DNA of 64,000 nt. Origin: Chrysomallon squamiferum. Lineage: Eukaryota; Animalia; Mollusca. Under the pieces are notes generated by a model. It worked only from the letters and a program-made list of their open reading frames with translations, was not told where the DNA came from and made no database searches. Of this stretch, positions 1 to 14,873 are shown in pieces. The number at the start of each line of letters is the position of its first letter. The first letter of the stretch is position 1. The position numbers and the translations under genes are program-made. The DNA lies in assembly GCA_012295275.1 (NCBI GenBank), contig CM022674.1, positions 4,278,001-4,342,000 of the forward strand. The letters are read 5' to 3'.

Positions 1-103
1 TTATCGATTATCTGTTAATTAATAAAAAAAAAAAAATAATAAGTAAGACTATTTAAATCGGTTTCGATTGTATCAACAGTTTCCAATTTCTCTTGGCTGA
101 CAC

Positions 104-165
<62 letters not shown>

Positions 166-508
166 AAAAAAAAAAGAAATGCTTTCAATTCCCTGCAGTC
201 TGTTTTTCCCGTTGCATTACTGAAACGAAGGTTATAAAAGCCTGCGAACAACTCTTCGTTTTGTTTATCGCCGTCGTTTTATATCGGTGAAGAAATTAGC
301 TGTAAAAACAGTCGTCATTAAAGGCACTGAGACAATTTCCTACCGCTAATTAAAGTTAATGTCGTCATTAGTGTTTAGTGGAATAAAGAATGAAGCAGCA
401 GCACATACATAAATGATAAGAATGACGTATGGTTCGTTAGATGCTAACAGGTAGTCGTTATGTCCTGCACTTGTTAACACAAGTTTTTCTAACGTGTCCC
501 TACGTCTT

Positions 509-936
509 TGATCTCTGTATGAATAAACACAAAATGTAGTCATGTTTGTAACGTACGTGCATTCTTAATAGGCTGTCCCTGTGTGTTGATCTCTGTATGA
601 ATAAACACAAAATGTAGTCGTGTTTGTAACGCACGTGCATTCTTAATAGTCTGTGTCTTGATCTCTGTATGAATGAACACAAAATGTAGTCGTGTTTGTA
701 ACGTACGTGCATTCTTAATAGTCTGTGTCTTGATCTCTGTATGAATGAACACAAAATGTAGTCGTGTTTGTAACGTACGTGCATTCTTAATAGTCTGTGA
801 CTTGATCTCTGTATGAATGAACACAAAATGTAGTCGTGTTTGTAACGTACGTGCATTCTTAATATCCTGTCCCTGTGTCTTGATAGGTATATGAATAAAC
901 ACAAAATGTAGTCGTGTTGATCTCTGTATGAATGAA
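509..936. repeat. Minisatellite, 72-78 bp unit, about 5.5 copies
   Basis: Unit atctctgtatgaatgaacacaaaatgtagtcgtgtttgtaacgtacgtgcattcttaatagtctgtgtcttg recurs at 511, 589, 661, 733, 805, about 883, with a partial copy at about 920. Confidence 0.95.
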
Positions 937-1022
937 ACAGGATTCAGTTGTGTTTGTCTCATTCCCTATCTCTTTCTTCATCTATCTCTGTATATATCTC
1001 TCTCTCTGTCTCTATCTGTCTA

Positions 1023-1120
<98 letters not shown>

Positions 1121-1270
1121 GCCTTTCTGTCTTTTCATGACTGCCCAGTCGACCATTCTCTCTTAAATATTATTGATACATTCCTTATAATTAAAGTGTA
1201 TATCTGTTCTTCAGCTTATGAAATTTACTTTTATGGTCTTTACATGTGGGTGTATTTGTATAAAGTGTGT

Positions 1271-1326
1271 ATGTATCTTCAGCAATTAAACTATATCAAT
1301 GTATCTTCAGCAATTAAACTATATCA
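1271..1326. repeat. Perfect 28-bp tandem duplication
   Basis: atgtatcttcagcaattaaactatatca occurs at 1271-1298 and 1299-1326. Confidence 0.9.
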
Positions 1327-1430
1327 CTGGTGTATGACCTCAATAGCCTACGTCATTAATGTACAATTACGTCATCAACAAAGGAAATATACCAACCACA
1401 GTCAGTGCGAAAAAGTCAACAATAACGAAA

Positions 1431-1520
1431 ATACGTCAGTTAAATTTTAATTACGTCAGTTAAGTTGTGATCACGTCAGCTAAATTGTGATTACGTCACT
1501 TAAATTTTGATTACGTCAAA
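1431..1520. repeat. 20-bp tandem repeat, 4.5 copies, each carrying a CRE-like ACGTCA core
   Basis: Unit approximately ttacgtcagttaaattttga; ACGTCA at 1433, 1453, 1473, 1493, 1513. Confidence 0.85.
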
Positions 1521-2366
1521 AGTGCGATAATGTAGATTCGTTAGTGATGCCGATAACGCATCAGCGACCAGGTTTAACACGTTGAGAACACACATGAACG
1601 TCTCTAAGTTCGTCACAATACAAGCAGAAACAATTATTCTTAAACAACGTCCAATCAAATTTAATTGTCCCTCCAGAAGAGAAGAGCATCCATGCTAAAA
1701 TTAGCTGCAGATGTTTCAAATTAGCGGGAAAGAGACGCTTCGTTCTCTTTCCACTAGAGATGAAAAGACAATTGTGTGCATGGAGAATTTGGCTTAATAC
1801 GTCAGTTTAACACCCAGGCCTGATAGGTCCTCAGGATGAAGATATTTTTATGAATCGACCGCAAAAAAAAAAAAAAAAAAAAAAAATGTATATATATATA
1901 TATGATCATTTGATTATTCTTGTCTTGATCGCTCATCTATGTTTATTGCTTAAAAGATTGAAAAAAAAGAAGAAAAAAATTGTCATAATTATTAGGAACA
2001 AATCTTACTCGTGTATAGGGCCTGATTAAACCCCGCTGACTACTCATTCGTCTGTTTTGAAAGTTTAGAAACGTCCGTGCTGTCAGTGAATACGTATGTT
2101 TTTCGTTTTGTCCCGTTCCGTGTTGATGTTGAGGGTTGAGTCAAAAAAATGAAGACAGAGTGTGGAGATGTTACTCCGCGCTACATTTCTCAGATGAAAA
2201 AATCTGTCAGTCCGAGAGAAAAATGATATAACTACTGCGCATCCTGTCTGGTAGGAAAACATAACACTACATCTTAATTAAAAGACGTTATTTTTACAAG
2301 CCATTTGAGAAAGAGATAGACAGATAGATAGACAGAAAGACAGATAAACAGACAGAGAGAGACATC

Positions 2367-3196
<830 letters not shown>

Positions 3197-4082
3197 TATA
3201 TATCGATATCCATCTATCTATATCTATCTATTTACATATGTATATTTTTGCATTTCCTGGAAAGGCAGTAGTAATACGTCTGTGCAGTTTGAAAAACCAG
3301 GAACTGTTAGAAAACGTTCTAGAGACAAAAAGCGCTAAGTCTTCTTATTCTTTACTTTTTCGTAAACACACGCCGTATATTTCCCTTATACCGATTTTTC
3401 TCGTGTATCATTTCCAGTGATCAGACTTCGAGTGAAGTTTATGCTGTAATAAAAAGGATAACACGGTTTTGTAAATTCGTTTATAAAAAATGAAAGCAGT
3501 CGTTAAAAGACGAAGTAATGTCGTTCAGAGATCACGTGATTTTTCAGTATTTTTTTATTTATTTTTTTGTTAACGAAAGGAAATACTAAAATCTCAGAGT
3601 CTAATCTCTTGAGTTTCTGAGGAAATGACAAAACTGGTGTAAAAATGTGGGGTTTTTTAGTGGGTTTTTTTTTGGAGTGAATAGAAAAGGAATTTATTTA
3701 GAAGTCCTTAAAGCGACCAGAAGTGAAGTTCACTGATTTATATTTATTTATTTGTGCTTTCTAATACGTCAAAACACATGTATGCATATGCGTATGACGA
3801 TGTGTTAAAACACAATTGTTTCAATAAAAGGAAGAATACAGACAGAGAAGAAGCAAGTCATACATTTACTCAGATCTGCCGTAAATTATACTGAAACGCT
3901 GACAGCTGTACAGACAGACAGAGAGACAGATAGACAAGTAAACAGATAAACATACGGATCTACGTGGACAATAAAGGCTGCTTTGGGCCCGTGACAACTG
4001 CCATCCCAAATGCCAGAAAGAAACAACGAAAAAAAAACCCGTTGAAGTTGTTTTTTATCTTTGTAAAATTTCTGACACTTCA

Positions 4083-4112
4083 ACTCTAGGATATTGCAAT
4101 GAATCAAGATGG
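4083..4112. repeat. Left arm of a 30-bp long-range inverted repeat (partner 6355-6384)
   Basis: actctaggatattgcaatgaatcaagatgg is the reverse complement of ccaccttgattcattgcaatatcctagagt at 29 of 30 positions. Confidence 0.92.
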
Positions 4113-5400
4113 TTCTCTTTAATCAAAGCGTCACCATACAATCACGATCCAGAGACAGACATACAAACAAATAACCAAACAGACAGACAGACAGACAGAA
4201 ATGGCAGTTACATTTTGTTCTAAATAAATTAAGAAATAAAGAAATCAGATTCAAAGAATAACCATCTTTTACCAAAGCCTCCCACCCACTGTACGATCAG
4301 GATAGGACACAGACAGACAGAAAAACGGAGAAAGCAGCAGATTCATTTTTTAAGCCACAGAGAAATTAAATTCAAAGAATATTCGAACTTTTCTTTTCTC
4401 ACTCTTCTTAATTAATCGTTTTTTATTTTCTTTTCCCCCTTTTTTTATTTTTTATTTTATTTTTTTAAATTTTATTTTTATTTCATTTATATTTCGGAAG
4501 TCATCCACTGAAATGATCATCTTTTGTATGATTCATGTCTCATTAATCGGGCGACAAAAAAAATTTTCGGTAATGTTTTCTTGACGTGTTTCGTCGCCGT
4601 TTGCAGTTTGAAGATTTCAGCCGAATGAATGCCCGTGCACCGAGTGACTGACATTTGTTAAAGAAAACATTCATTTATCAGTCCAGCCTTTATTCGCCTC
4701 GTTAGCATTTCATCACGCCAACCTCGTATGTAAGTCGCAGAAGAAATCTTATCGCTCTGAAAACAGAAACCGAGGGAGACACGTTTTGTGTTGTTCCTAT
4801 AACCCAGAAAAAAAAAAATATACTTCGTTTTCCCTTTACTTATTTCAGTACACAGTTTGCTTGTCTGGTGTTAAATTTATTTCCTGGTTACGCGTGCGAT
4901 AAAGAGATCTCCTAGACGTATGTAGGATCGATTCCAATCGATGGAATAAGACACGGGTGTTTGCTTAGAATATGGTTGTGTGTGTGTGTCTGTCTGTGTG
5001 CTTTTCTCAGTTTAGGAAAGTGAAGTATAAATATTGCTGGATACCAGGGAGTAAAATGGAGCGTATTTCGTATGAAGATGAAATACCAGAATTACTGTGT
5101 GTTTGCTTTTTCACCAGAAGATGATAGAATCAACCAGTGGTTTCTAGGTGTTTCGTGGTAACAAAATAAACTTGAACAGAAAAATGAAATAAAAATAAAA
5201 TAAAATAAAAAATAAAATGAAATAAAATAAAATAATAAAAAATAATAATAATATTCAGTAGCCGGTAATCAATGTGTTCGTGTTGTTTCGTAAGACATTC
5301 TTTAAATTACGGCACTGTAAAATAAATCACGAAAGCCTGATAACAGAATGAATCAATACGCTTTATACGTGTTTGTTATGTCTGTCTGTCTGTCTGTCTG

Positions 5401-5435
<35 letters not shown>

Positions 5436-5821
5436 GCCTGTCTGTCTGTCTGTCTGTCTGTCTGTCTGCCTGTCTGTCTGTCTGTCTGTATGCCCGTTTT
5501 ATATCATAACTGCGCTTTATGGTACCATCTCTAACAGGAGATTCAGTAACTATTTGAATATACAGTTCGTTCTCTTCGTCGTCATCATCATCATCATCAT
5601 CATCATCATCTTATTAAACCAATATTTCTTCCTTTTGTATTTTCAGGGTCTTGTTCTTGTTCGTTTTGCTACAAGTGTTATACAGATACTTCTTTAATTT
5701 AATATTAACATCTTAGTGCTGATGCTATTACTCCTACTACAACTATAACTGCTGCTACTATAACTAACAACATCTACTACTACTACTAATACTACTAACA
5801 CCACTAGTACTACATTTATTA

Positions 5822-5870
<49 letters not shown>

Positions 5871-5875
5871 CATTG

Positions 5876-5932
<57 letters not shown>

Positions 5933-6144
5933 ATTATTATTATTATTGAAATACTTCTTAATTCTGTTTCGGCATCTACTTTATGTTATTATTACACAAA
6001 TACTTTTGTTTTAGCATCAGCATCCACTTTTTGTTACTAAAACTTTTTACGACATCTCAAACGCTTCCTTACTTTTATTATTACTGACACTTTTTCACTT
6101 CGCGTCTTCGGGGTTATCGTTTGCGGGTATCTGTCATCTCATCA

Positions 6145-6263
<119 letters not shown>

Positions 6264-6264
6264 A

Positions 6265-6715
6265 CAAGGCGAACGATCTCGCGATTCAAGGGTGCTAAAT
6301 TGGCGAGAATAAATGCGGCTTGTCACGCGGTGTTTTTCAATTTGGAGGCCGTGTCCACCTTGATTCATTGCAATATCCTAGAGTGACGGCCTCATTTCAG
6401 AGATAGAAAAATCTACACCGGGACTTAATATCCTGCTACGCCGCTTGAGCAGACGTCTGTTCACATATTGCGCCGCTTGACGGCCGCACTGCGCCTGCGC
6501 AGAACATCAGACGTCTGCTGTAATTGCGGCTGGTACCTCTCCAGACGCGACGTTGATTGACATTTGGGATCGTGTTAATCTGGCAAGATGGTCGCCATAT
6601 ATTTTCTTTCGGAGGACAGAATGCTGTCGAATTTTTGCTGTCGTCGTTTTTAATTTGGCGTCGAGAAGAATGATTTCATTTCCGGGGTAGTGACTGGAGG
6701 AGTAGCGACAATGGG
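6265..6715. promoter_or_regulatory. GC/CpG-rich island inside the class C receptor intron, with an NRF1-type motif and a local inverted repeat
   Basis: CpG-rich relative to flanks. TGCGCCTGCGCA at 6490-6501 matches the NRF1 GCGCNTGCGC pattern; CAAGATGG/CGCCAT (YY1-like) at 6584-6598; agcagacgtctg (6448-6459) and cagacgtctgct (6508-6519) are inverted. Confidence 0.4.
6355..6384. repeat. Right arm of a 30-bp long-range inverted repeat (partner 4083-4112)
   Basis: 26 contiguous perfectly complementary bases (6359-6384 versus 4083-4108) plus 3 more after one mismatch. Confidence 0.92.
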
Positions 6716-6874
6716 TTTTTTTTTTTTTCTTGTTTGTTAGAGTGTTTTTTATTTTTTTTTTTTTATTTCGTGGAGGTTTATCTCGGTAGATGTCTCTTTA
6801 GATAACCGCGTTGAGTTGTGTTGTGGTTTCTTATCTCTTAATATAGGGAGACCTACCGAGTAAGATATAATAGA

Positions 6875-6925
<51 letters not shown>

Positions 6926-8519
6926 AAAAATAAAAATAAAATAAAAATAAAATAAAAAATAAAAATAAAATAATAACATTTCCAAAAAAAAATAATAATA
7001 ATAAAAAAAAAAAAAAAAAAAATGAAAAAAAAAAAATAGCTCCCAAAACAATAAATAAACAACAACAAAACAAAACAAAACAACAACAACAACAACAACA
7101 AAAACAAACAATAAATAAGAAAGAGATATTGAAGAAGAAGTAGTGTATAAAATAAGTAGAAAAGTTGCAGTATTTACTATTATTACCGTTTCTATACTAC
7201 TATTCTACTACTGCTGCTATTACAACTACTACAACTACATCCACTATTACTCGAATATTATTATTATCACTACTGATCTGCCATTGTTATTGCTACTACT
7301 ACTACTGCTGTTACTACTACTACAATTTCGACTACTATTTTTACTACAACCGCTACTACTACGCTACTACTACTCCGACAACAACAACAACAACTAATAC
7401 TACTGCTCTTCTACAATTACTTCTATTACTACTTCTATTTCAACATCTCAACTACTTTTACTACTACTAGCGCTACTACTATTTCTGTTAGTACTGCTAC
7501 AGCTACTACAGCGTCTATCGTTGCTTCTTCGTTTCTGGCACTATTCTTTTAACACTGTTACTTTGCTCTCAGTTCTGACGCTATTATTGCTACCATTGCC
7601 TTCTCCAGCAGTGAGATGAGCGTACCTCAATTTTACGACGAAACTGTGAACTATATATAGACATAGTCGATAGTGAAATATTGAACTGTATGCAGGGGCT
7701 TAACCATGTTATGAAGTTAAGGGAAGTAGGAACATAAAAAAAAAAAAAAAAAAAAAAAAAGGCGCTAAGACACGTTAAGAATATTTTTAAAAAATCAAAA
7801 CATAATTTTAAAGAAGAAGGAGAAATTATTGTTTTTGATTTAAAACGTAAAATGAAAACAAAATGAATCTGTGACGAAAATGTACGAATCAACTGCAAGA
7901 TTCTAGATTTAATTCCAGCAATATCTGTTACTTTATTATAATCCATTATTGGTAGCCGGTTCTCTTTCATTCGAGAGTAAAGATATAATTCAGTCTATGC
8001 TTGCTTTTAATAATAAATTAAAATAAATTAAAATATAACAAGTAATAAGGTTAAACTTTTATCGCATAAACGAACTAGGGTTTAATTATTGTTAAAAATT
8101 CGCGAAGTTTTAAGAATGTGTTCAGTCCTACCTCCCTTCTAGCTACGTTATTGACTGTGTAATGATAATGTGATACTGGAACAAAAGATTTTACTGTAAT
8201 CCAACGTACAGTAATTGTCAACTTAAATGATAGATACAGGGGAAACAAAACAACAACAATAACAGGAACAACAACAGCAATAACATCAACAACTGCAGAA
8301 AAAAAAAAAAATAAATAAATAAACAGATCAATCAATAAATAAAAATAATAAAAATTAATAATAATAAAAAAAAAAAAAAAAAAAAAAAAATAAATAAAAA
8401 TAACAACTTCATTACTTCCATTACTATAATAAAGACGATGATTACCAGGTAATAAACAACAATGAAAACAACAAAACAACAAAAATCAAGCCAATAAAAA
8501 TAATAATAATAATAATAAT

Positions 8520-8569
<50 letters not shown>

Positions 8570-9223
8570 AAATAAAATAACCCTGTACCTAATAAACTGT
8601 GTTAATTTTATCCGTCTTTATTTTTTTTGTTAACACAAACAAAAATCACTTCCCATTTTCCCTTGTTCAGAAAACACGTTTTATTACTTACACGTTATTC
8701 TACATAAACGCCATTAAAGCTTCACTTCTGGCAATTTCTGATTTGCAGACGACACTTTTTTTTTTTTTATGGTAATGTCCGACGTTGCATGGGGTGAAAT
8801 GTGCATCAGGGCAGGCTAGAAATTGACAATTCTGGTAACAAAAACATTCCCCGGTCCTGCCACTGGGCCAGTGGCTAATTGTGAAAACGATTGGACCATT
8901 TCTTTTCAATTACCATAAATTGCTGGCGAGTTTTCGATTTATTTTCCTTGTGTGTCGATGGCGGTTCATTACATCGCGACCGAGCGAGTAGACTTGGTCG
9001 AACCATTGTGATTAATTAATTCATTATTCTGTGATAAATTTAACGGTTTTTTTTTTATTTTTTATTTTTTTTTGTTGTTGTTGTTGTTGTTGTTGTTGTT
9101 ATTTATTTATTTATTTATTCTTTCAGTCAGTTATATCTTTTGGAATCTGAAACTATTCATGCATTCCATCTTTAATTCGATCCTGTTTTTATTTTTTATT
9201 TTGAAATTTCTTTTGTTTTGAAA

Positions 9224-9307
<84 letters not shown>

Positions 9308-9470
9308 ACCCCCTCTAACCCCTCTCTCTCTTAGGCTCCATTATAAATAAATAAGTTTCTCTCTCTAAATACAAAAATAACAATAAAACAACCATACTAA
9401 CCCCGTCTCATTTATTATTATTATAAATAAATAAATACATAAATTAAAAACAACAACAACAACAACAACA

Positions 9471-9539
<69 letters not shown>

Positions 9540-10390
9540 AATAAATAACTTCTTTTGTTTTCTTTTCTTGTCTAATTCTTCCCACTTCTTTTCTCTTTTT
9601 AGTCCTGGAACAATTTCTCGCGTCCCTAGGCAATACGTAATCACCGTTTGATCGCGCTAATGTGCAACATGCATGTACAGTTACTGATTTGTGAAAAGCC
9701 ATCACATTTCCGACAACACCGGTCTTAAAAAGATCCTGCTCATCCATTGTTGTTCGGAAATAGCGAAGTTTAACGACGTTTGATCCACGTTCAGGAGATG
9801 AGCTGAATGTTTGTCTAAAAAAAAGAGTCTGTGATCTAATGAGCAGAGTTTGTAGCTTAATTACATTTTGATGATAAGTTACAGGAAATGTGTATAATTC
9901 CTGAAAATTTCGGCAAATATTAGTAATTACTAAGCTGAAATTACTGATGCCAAAGTTGGTGTCGATGCATGGGAAACCAAAGGCATCTACAGAATCTTTT
10001 TCTGGAATTTTTCACAGACACACACACACTTGTACGCACGCACACATACACTTGCACGCAGACACACACACATACATTCACATTTTCAAACGATTTGCTG
10101 TTTGTTACACTTTGCATAAAGAAGACAAATTACACCAGAACAGCAACAACAACAGCAGTGATGGTGATGATGATGATGATGAAGATGATAACAACAAATT
10201 CAAGAAAACAACACTAATCACAATAACTTCACCGACAGTGAAATTAATAACAGACGAATTAACAATCAAAGAAAGCAAGCAAACAACAACCAAGCGAATA
10301 AGCAAATAAACAAATGATAAACAAACAAATAAATAAATTAATAAATAAATAAACTACATACATACATTTACCGTTTTAACTTTGCTTTCC

Positions 10391-10446
10391 TGACGTCGAA
10401 CTTATAATTGTGTGATGACGTCACAATAGACAAACAGATGACGTCA
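10391..10446. promoter_or_regulatory. CRE (CREB/ATF) motif cluster
   Basis: TGACGTCG at 10391-10398 and perfect TGACGTCA at 10416-10423 and 10439-10446. Confidence 0.4.
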
Positions 10447-10711
10447 TTCACTTTCCACTTAGTGTGATAGTTTGTATCTATTGTTAAAACACTATCTATG
10501 TTGCTAAACCCATATATATATATATATATATATACTATTATTTTTTTCTTATCTCTATTGACCTTTTTTCTTTTTTCTTTCATTTTTTTTTTTTTTTTTT
10601 TTTTTAACATTCATATTTTTTTTTTTTTTTAACAGAATTCGTGAAAAGAATGTTGTAGGAATTTCCATTAACAAATATTTTTTTGAACGTATCAGAGATA
10701 ACAGAGATATT

Positions 10712-10747
<36 letters not shown>

Positions 10748-11004
10748 AAAGAGAATAGAAAAGGGATAAAAAACAAACAAACATCAACACTAATGACAAG
10801 GATGAAAGGGGAAGAAGAAGTACATGTTGATGATGATGATGATGATGATGACGACTGAAAATAGGAATGAGCTACGACGATACAGGTAAAAATATTATGA
10901 TTATGATAAAGGAGATGATAAAGAATGATAATGATGAATGCGATAAACAGTAGCAACAGTGAGTATAACAGAACAATGAGTTAGTGTTGCTGAATAATAA
11001 AAAT

Positions 11005-11068
<64 letters not shown>

Positions 11069-11208
11069 TTAATGATGATGATGATGATGACGGAAATACA
11101 ATTATACGAATGAAACTTTATAAAAAAAAGACAAGCTAACATAACAAAGTGATAATGAAAAGGCATTGTAATTACTAGTTCTGTTTTCCTTCTGTTCACA
11201 ACAAAAGG

Positions 11209-11258
<50 letters not shown>

Positions 11259-11439
11259 CGAAGTGAATGCATACGCGCGCACACATACACACCCACACAA
11301 ACACAGGTGAATATCAGTATTTCAACAAAATAATTAACTTAATATTTTAATATGATTACCAACCAAATTTATTTATATAAACATATCTATATTTGAAAGA
11401 ATCTATCTATCTCTCATCTCTATCTCTCTCTCTCTCTCT

Positions 11440-11492
<53 letters not shown>

Positions 11493-12212
11493 ATCTCTCT
11501 CTCTCTATTCTCTCTTCTCTCTATATATATATATTATATATATATATAAACATAGATATAACATAGTATATTAGAACATAACTGTTGTATGTAACTGAAT
11601 GAATAATGTATCACATTTTTACATGGTAAAAGATCTAGAGAGAGAGAGAGAGAGAAGAGAAAGAGAGAGAGAGAGAGAGATTTCTATATTCTGATATTAA
11701 ATAAATAGTAATTAAATAAATAAATAAATATCATTAGGAACAATTTAGATAATAATAATAATAATAATAATAAAACTTCCCAGTAGCAGTAAACAACTCG
11801 ATAAAAGACCACAATACAAACAATATCAACTGATCTAAACACCCACTAAAAAAGAAAATGAATACAAAAAAAATCTAAACGGTCGTAACAGATGGATTTT
11901 ATTTCACCACGGAACAAACAATACATGTAATTCTGCTTTTGGATGGACAATTAACAATCAGATCAGTGGTCAGTTATTCACAGAATGGACAATGAGCCTG
12001 GCAGGACTGTCCGGTGAACTAATGTCCAGCTATCACCAAGTTCGAAAATCTCGGTACTGACAAAAAATTGATCTTTTAATCATTGCCAAATCGTATGCTG
12101 AAAGGCAAAATCCGTTTGACTGCCTTGTGTAAAGAATGAACGTTTAACGACCATCAGAAACATTTTGACACGAACGGTTATTTGATGTGAATAATATGCA
12201 TATATGTGTTAA

Positions 12213-12253
<41 letters not shown>

Positions 12254-12578
12254 CCTTTCTTTTTTTTTTCTTCTCTTATTGAACTGACAAATTGAGATAT
12301 TTCAAGTGGAATTGTTATCGATTATTGGACGAAGGTAAGGTAGTCTTTGATAACTGCGTAGAATATGGCTGGAACGGGAAATAACTTTGTTGAAATGCTT
12401 CCCCAGTTGACATTGTGTCGACGACAAATAAACGAGGATTTTTGTATTGGTTCAAAACGAAAAAATAATAACAAAATAAATAAATAATTAATAATAAATG
12501 TAAAAGAAAAAATAACGAAAAAAACCAACAAACAAAACAAGTAAATAAATAAATAAATAAACAAACAACAACAACAAC

Positions 12579-12630
<52 letters not shown>

Positions 12631-13087
12631 TTAATAACAACAACAACAACAATAATAATAATAACAATAATAATAATAATAACAACAACAACAACAATAA
12701 CAACAATAACAGTAATGAAACGAAAAGTGATGAAAGCACAGACAAAGACACTCCAATTCTTAACGACGCTTGCTGTCAATTCTTCTTTTATGTTCGAAGT
12801 GCATGAAGAAGAGTTTTCCGACGCGTATTAATAATTACCTCGGGACTATTTCGTCGTGCGGAAAACTACTATTTGTCAGTCGATTACAGCGATTGATTAT
12901 TTTCTCTTTCTATATTTGTGAAGCTGTTTGCCGTGGAATTACCGATACTTTTATTTCTGTATTTCAAAGGTGTATCGACGCTAGGTAATCATGTACAAAC
13001 GTTAATCTACTTATTTTGTCGCAATACTTATATTCGTCATTTTTTTTTTTTTTTTTTTTTTTTCAATTTTTTTTTTGTTCATACGTG

Positions 13088-13290
13088 GACCTGGCTGTAA
13101 CTAAGTACATGCTCGAGGCGTCAGGGTTTGTCAGATCGATCCTTATCACTGGTGTTAATTCTGTTTCAGTCATCTTGTTTGTTTAAATCGTGGCGTTAAG
13201 CTTTACTACCAACAGGAAGGTCGCTATACACGATCTCTTTTTTTGCTAATTGGTAGGAGTAATCCTTTAACGGGGTTTCTCCTTTCTCAT
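13088..13290 (+). mobile_element. Possible second, more decayed copy of the same SINE family
   Basis: B-box-like agatcgatcc (about 13133), then ttgctaattggtaggagtaatcc...cggggtttctcc in the same order as the 13420-13605 copy. Weak similarity. Confidence 0.3.
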
Positions 13291-13419
13291 TATAAATTTG
13301 TCATTTAAAATGATCAAAACTAGTGATAACATCCCATTTTTAATACCAGGAGGGAGCTTAAGATTAAATGTTGATATGAACTGAAGGAGTGGATTCATCG
13401 TTCAGTTATTTCGTTTTTG

Positions 13420-13605
13420 TAACCAGCGCTTCACTTCACCGCGGTGTCTGTAAAGTTCTGGTATGTACTGTCTTGTCAGCGATACAGTGCACATAAAAGA
13501 TTCCTTGCTGTTAATATGAAAAGAGTAACTCGTGAAATGGCAACAGCGGGTTTCTACTCTTTTCAGACGAATGGTGCGTAACCGTAATAATGTTCGATGA
13601 CAAAA
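13420..13605 (+). mobile_element. Decayed Meta-domain SINE (MetaSINE/MESC-type) relic
   Basis: ggtatgtactgtcttgtcagcgatacagtgcacataaaagattccttgctg...gaaaagagtaactcgtgaaatggcaacagcgggtttc resembles the recalled Meta core (GGTATGTGCTATCCTGTCTGTGGGATGGTGCATATAAAAGATCCCTTGCTG...GCGGGTTTCC) and is followed by an A-rich tail. tRNA head not recognisable. Confidence 0.6.
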
Positions 13606-14237
13606 ACAAAATAAAAATAAAAATAATTTTTTTTTCTCTAAATAAACAATTTTCGTATATTTATTTATTAATTTAATTTATTTTTATTTTATTTTTATTT
13701 ATTTATTTATTTATTTATTTATTATTTTTTGAGGATTAGTATTTTCTAATCTATCAGACTATCAAGGTCTCTCGCATACACATTAACGCTAAAAACATTA
13801 CCACAGTACCAGTCGTAACCGCAGTATTAATTAACTAGCAAAAACAGGTCTCATAACCTGGGTTTTTATAAAAACATCTTTTCTAATAACTTGCGCTAAA
13901 AAAAAAAATAATAATCAGGAATATGAACACTAACACTAAACAAACAGGAACAAGTTGTTAACTTCAGAATTAATATTCCTTAACGTGCGATTCCTATCAA
14001 CAGAACGTGAGTTTTATTGATATACTTATTTCGGTTTTCGAAATCGATAGAAGCGAATGAGAGAGAGTGTCCTGAAAGAACGGTTTTTCTGAATTGGTTC
14101 ACTCACTTGAGAACACCTGTTTTGTCGTAGAGACCTTTGAGTTTTCTGCTGTTCTAGAAAGTGAAGCTGCGTAGGAAACGAGATGAAGTGTTATATGTAA
14201 TAAGATGAATACCACTGAAACAGTGACCGAATTATTT

Positions 14238-14347
<110 letters not shown>

Positions 14348-14486
14348 ACTAGGGAAAATAAAGATATGGTAACGCACAAATGCACGAATTTTTCTATGAC
14401 ATTTCTGTATCTAATATTATCTTTTGATTTTAGATATGTGTATTTTCATGTATATTCAGAAATCTAGTTTATACAGCTTTACATCT

Positions 14487-14580
<94 letters not shown>

Positions 14581-14837
14581 TGTGAAAGATGGACATGTAT
14601 ATAAATATATATTTACAAATAATTAGATAGAAACTCCTAGATATGTAGTAGAAGAAAGAAGAAACATCTATACAGACAGACAAGTATATAAATGGTTGAT
14701 TGGATGCATGGACAGATAGATAAGTAGGTAGGAGACAGACAGCATAGATGGAGAGACAGACATAGATAGATATACAGATAGTTAAACAGACATACGTTTA
14801 GAGAGACGAACAGCCATACAGTCACACATACAAACAC

Positions 14838-14873
<36 letters not shown>

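Noticed and set aside
318-335. TTAA-AGG start suggestive of a Kolobok-type MITE
   Set aside because: No matching opposite terminus could be identified by eye.
509-936. CRISPR-like array
   Set aside because: Units are contiguous tandem copies without unique spacers, the context is eukaryotic, and there are no cas genes. The same applies to 35195-35745.
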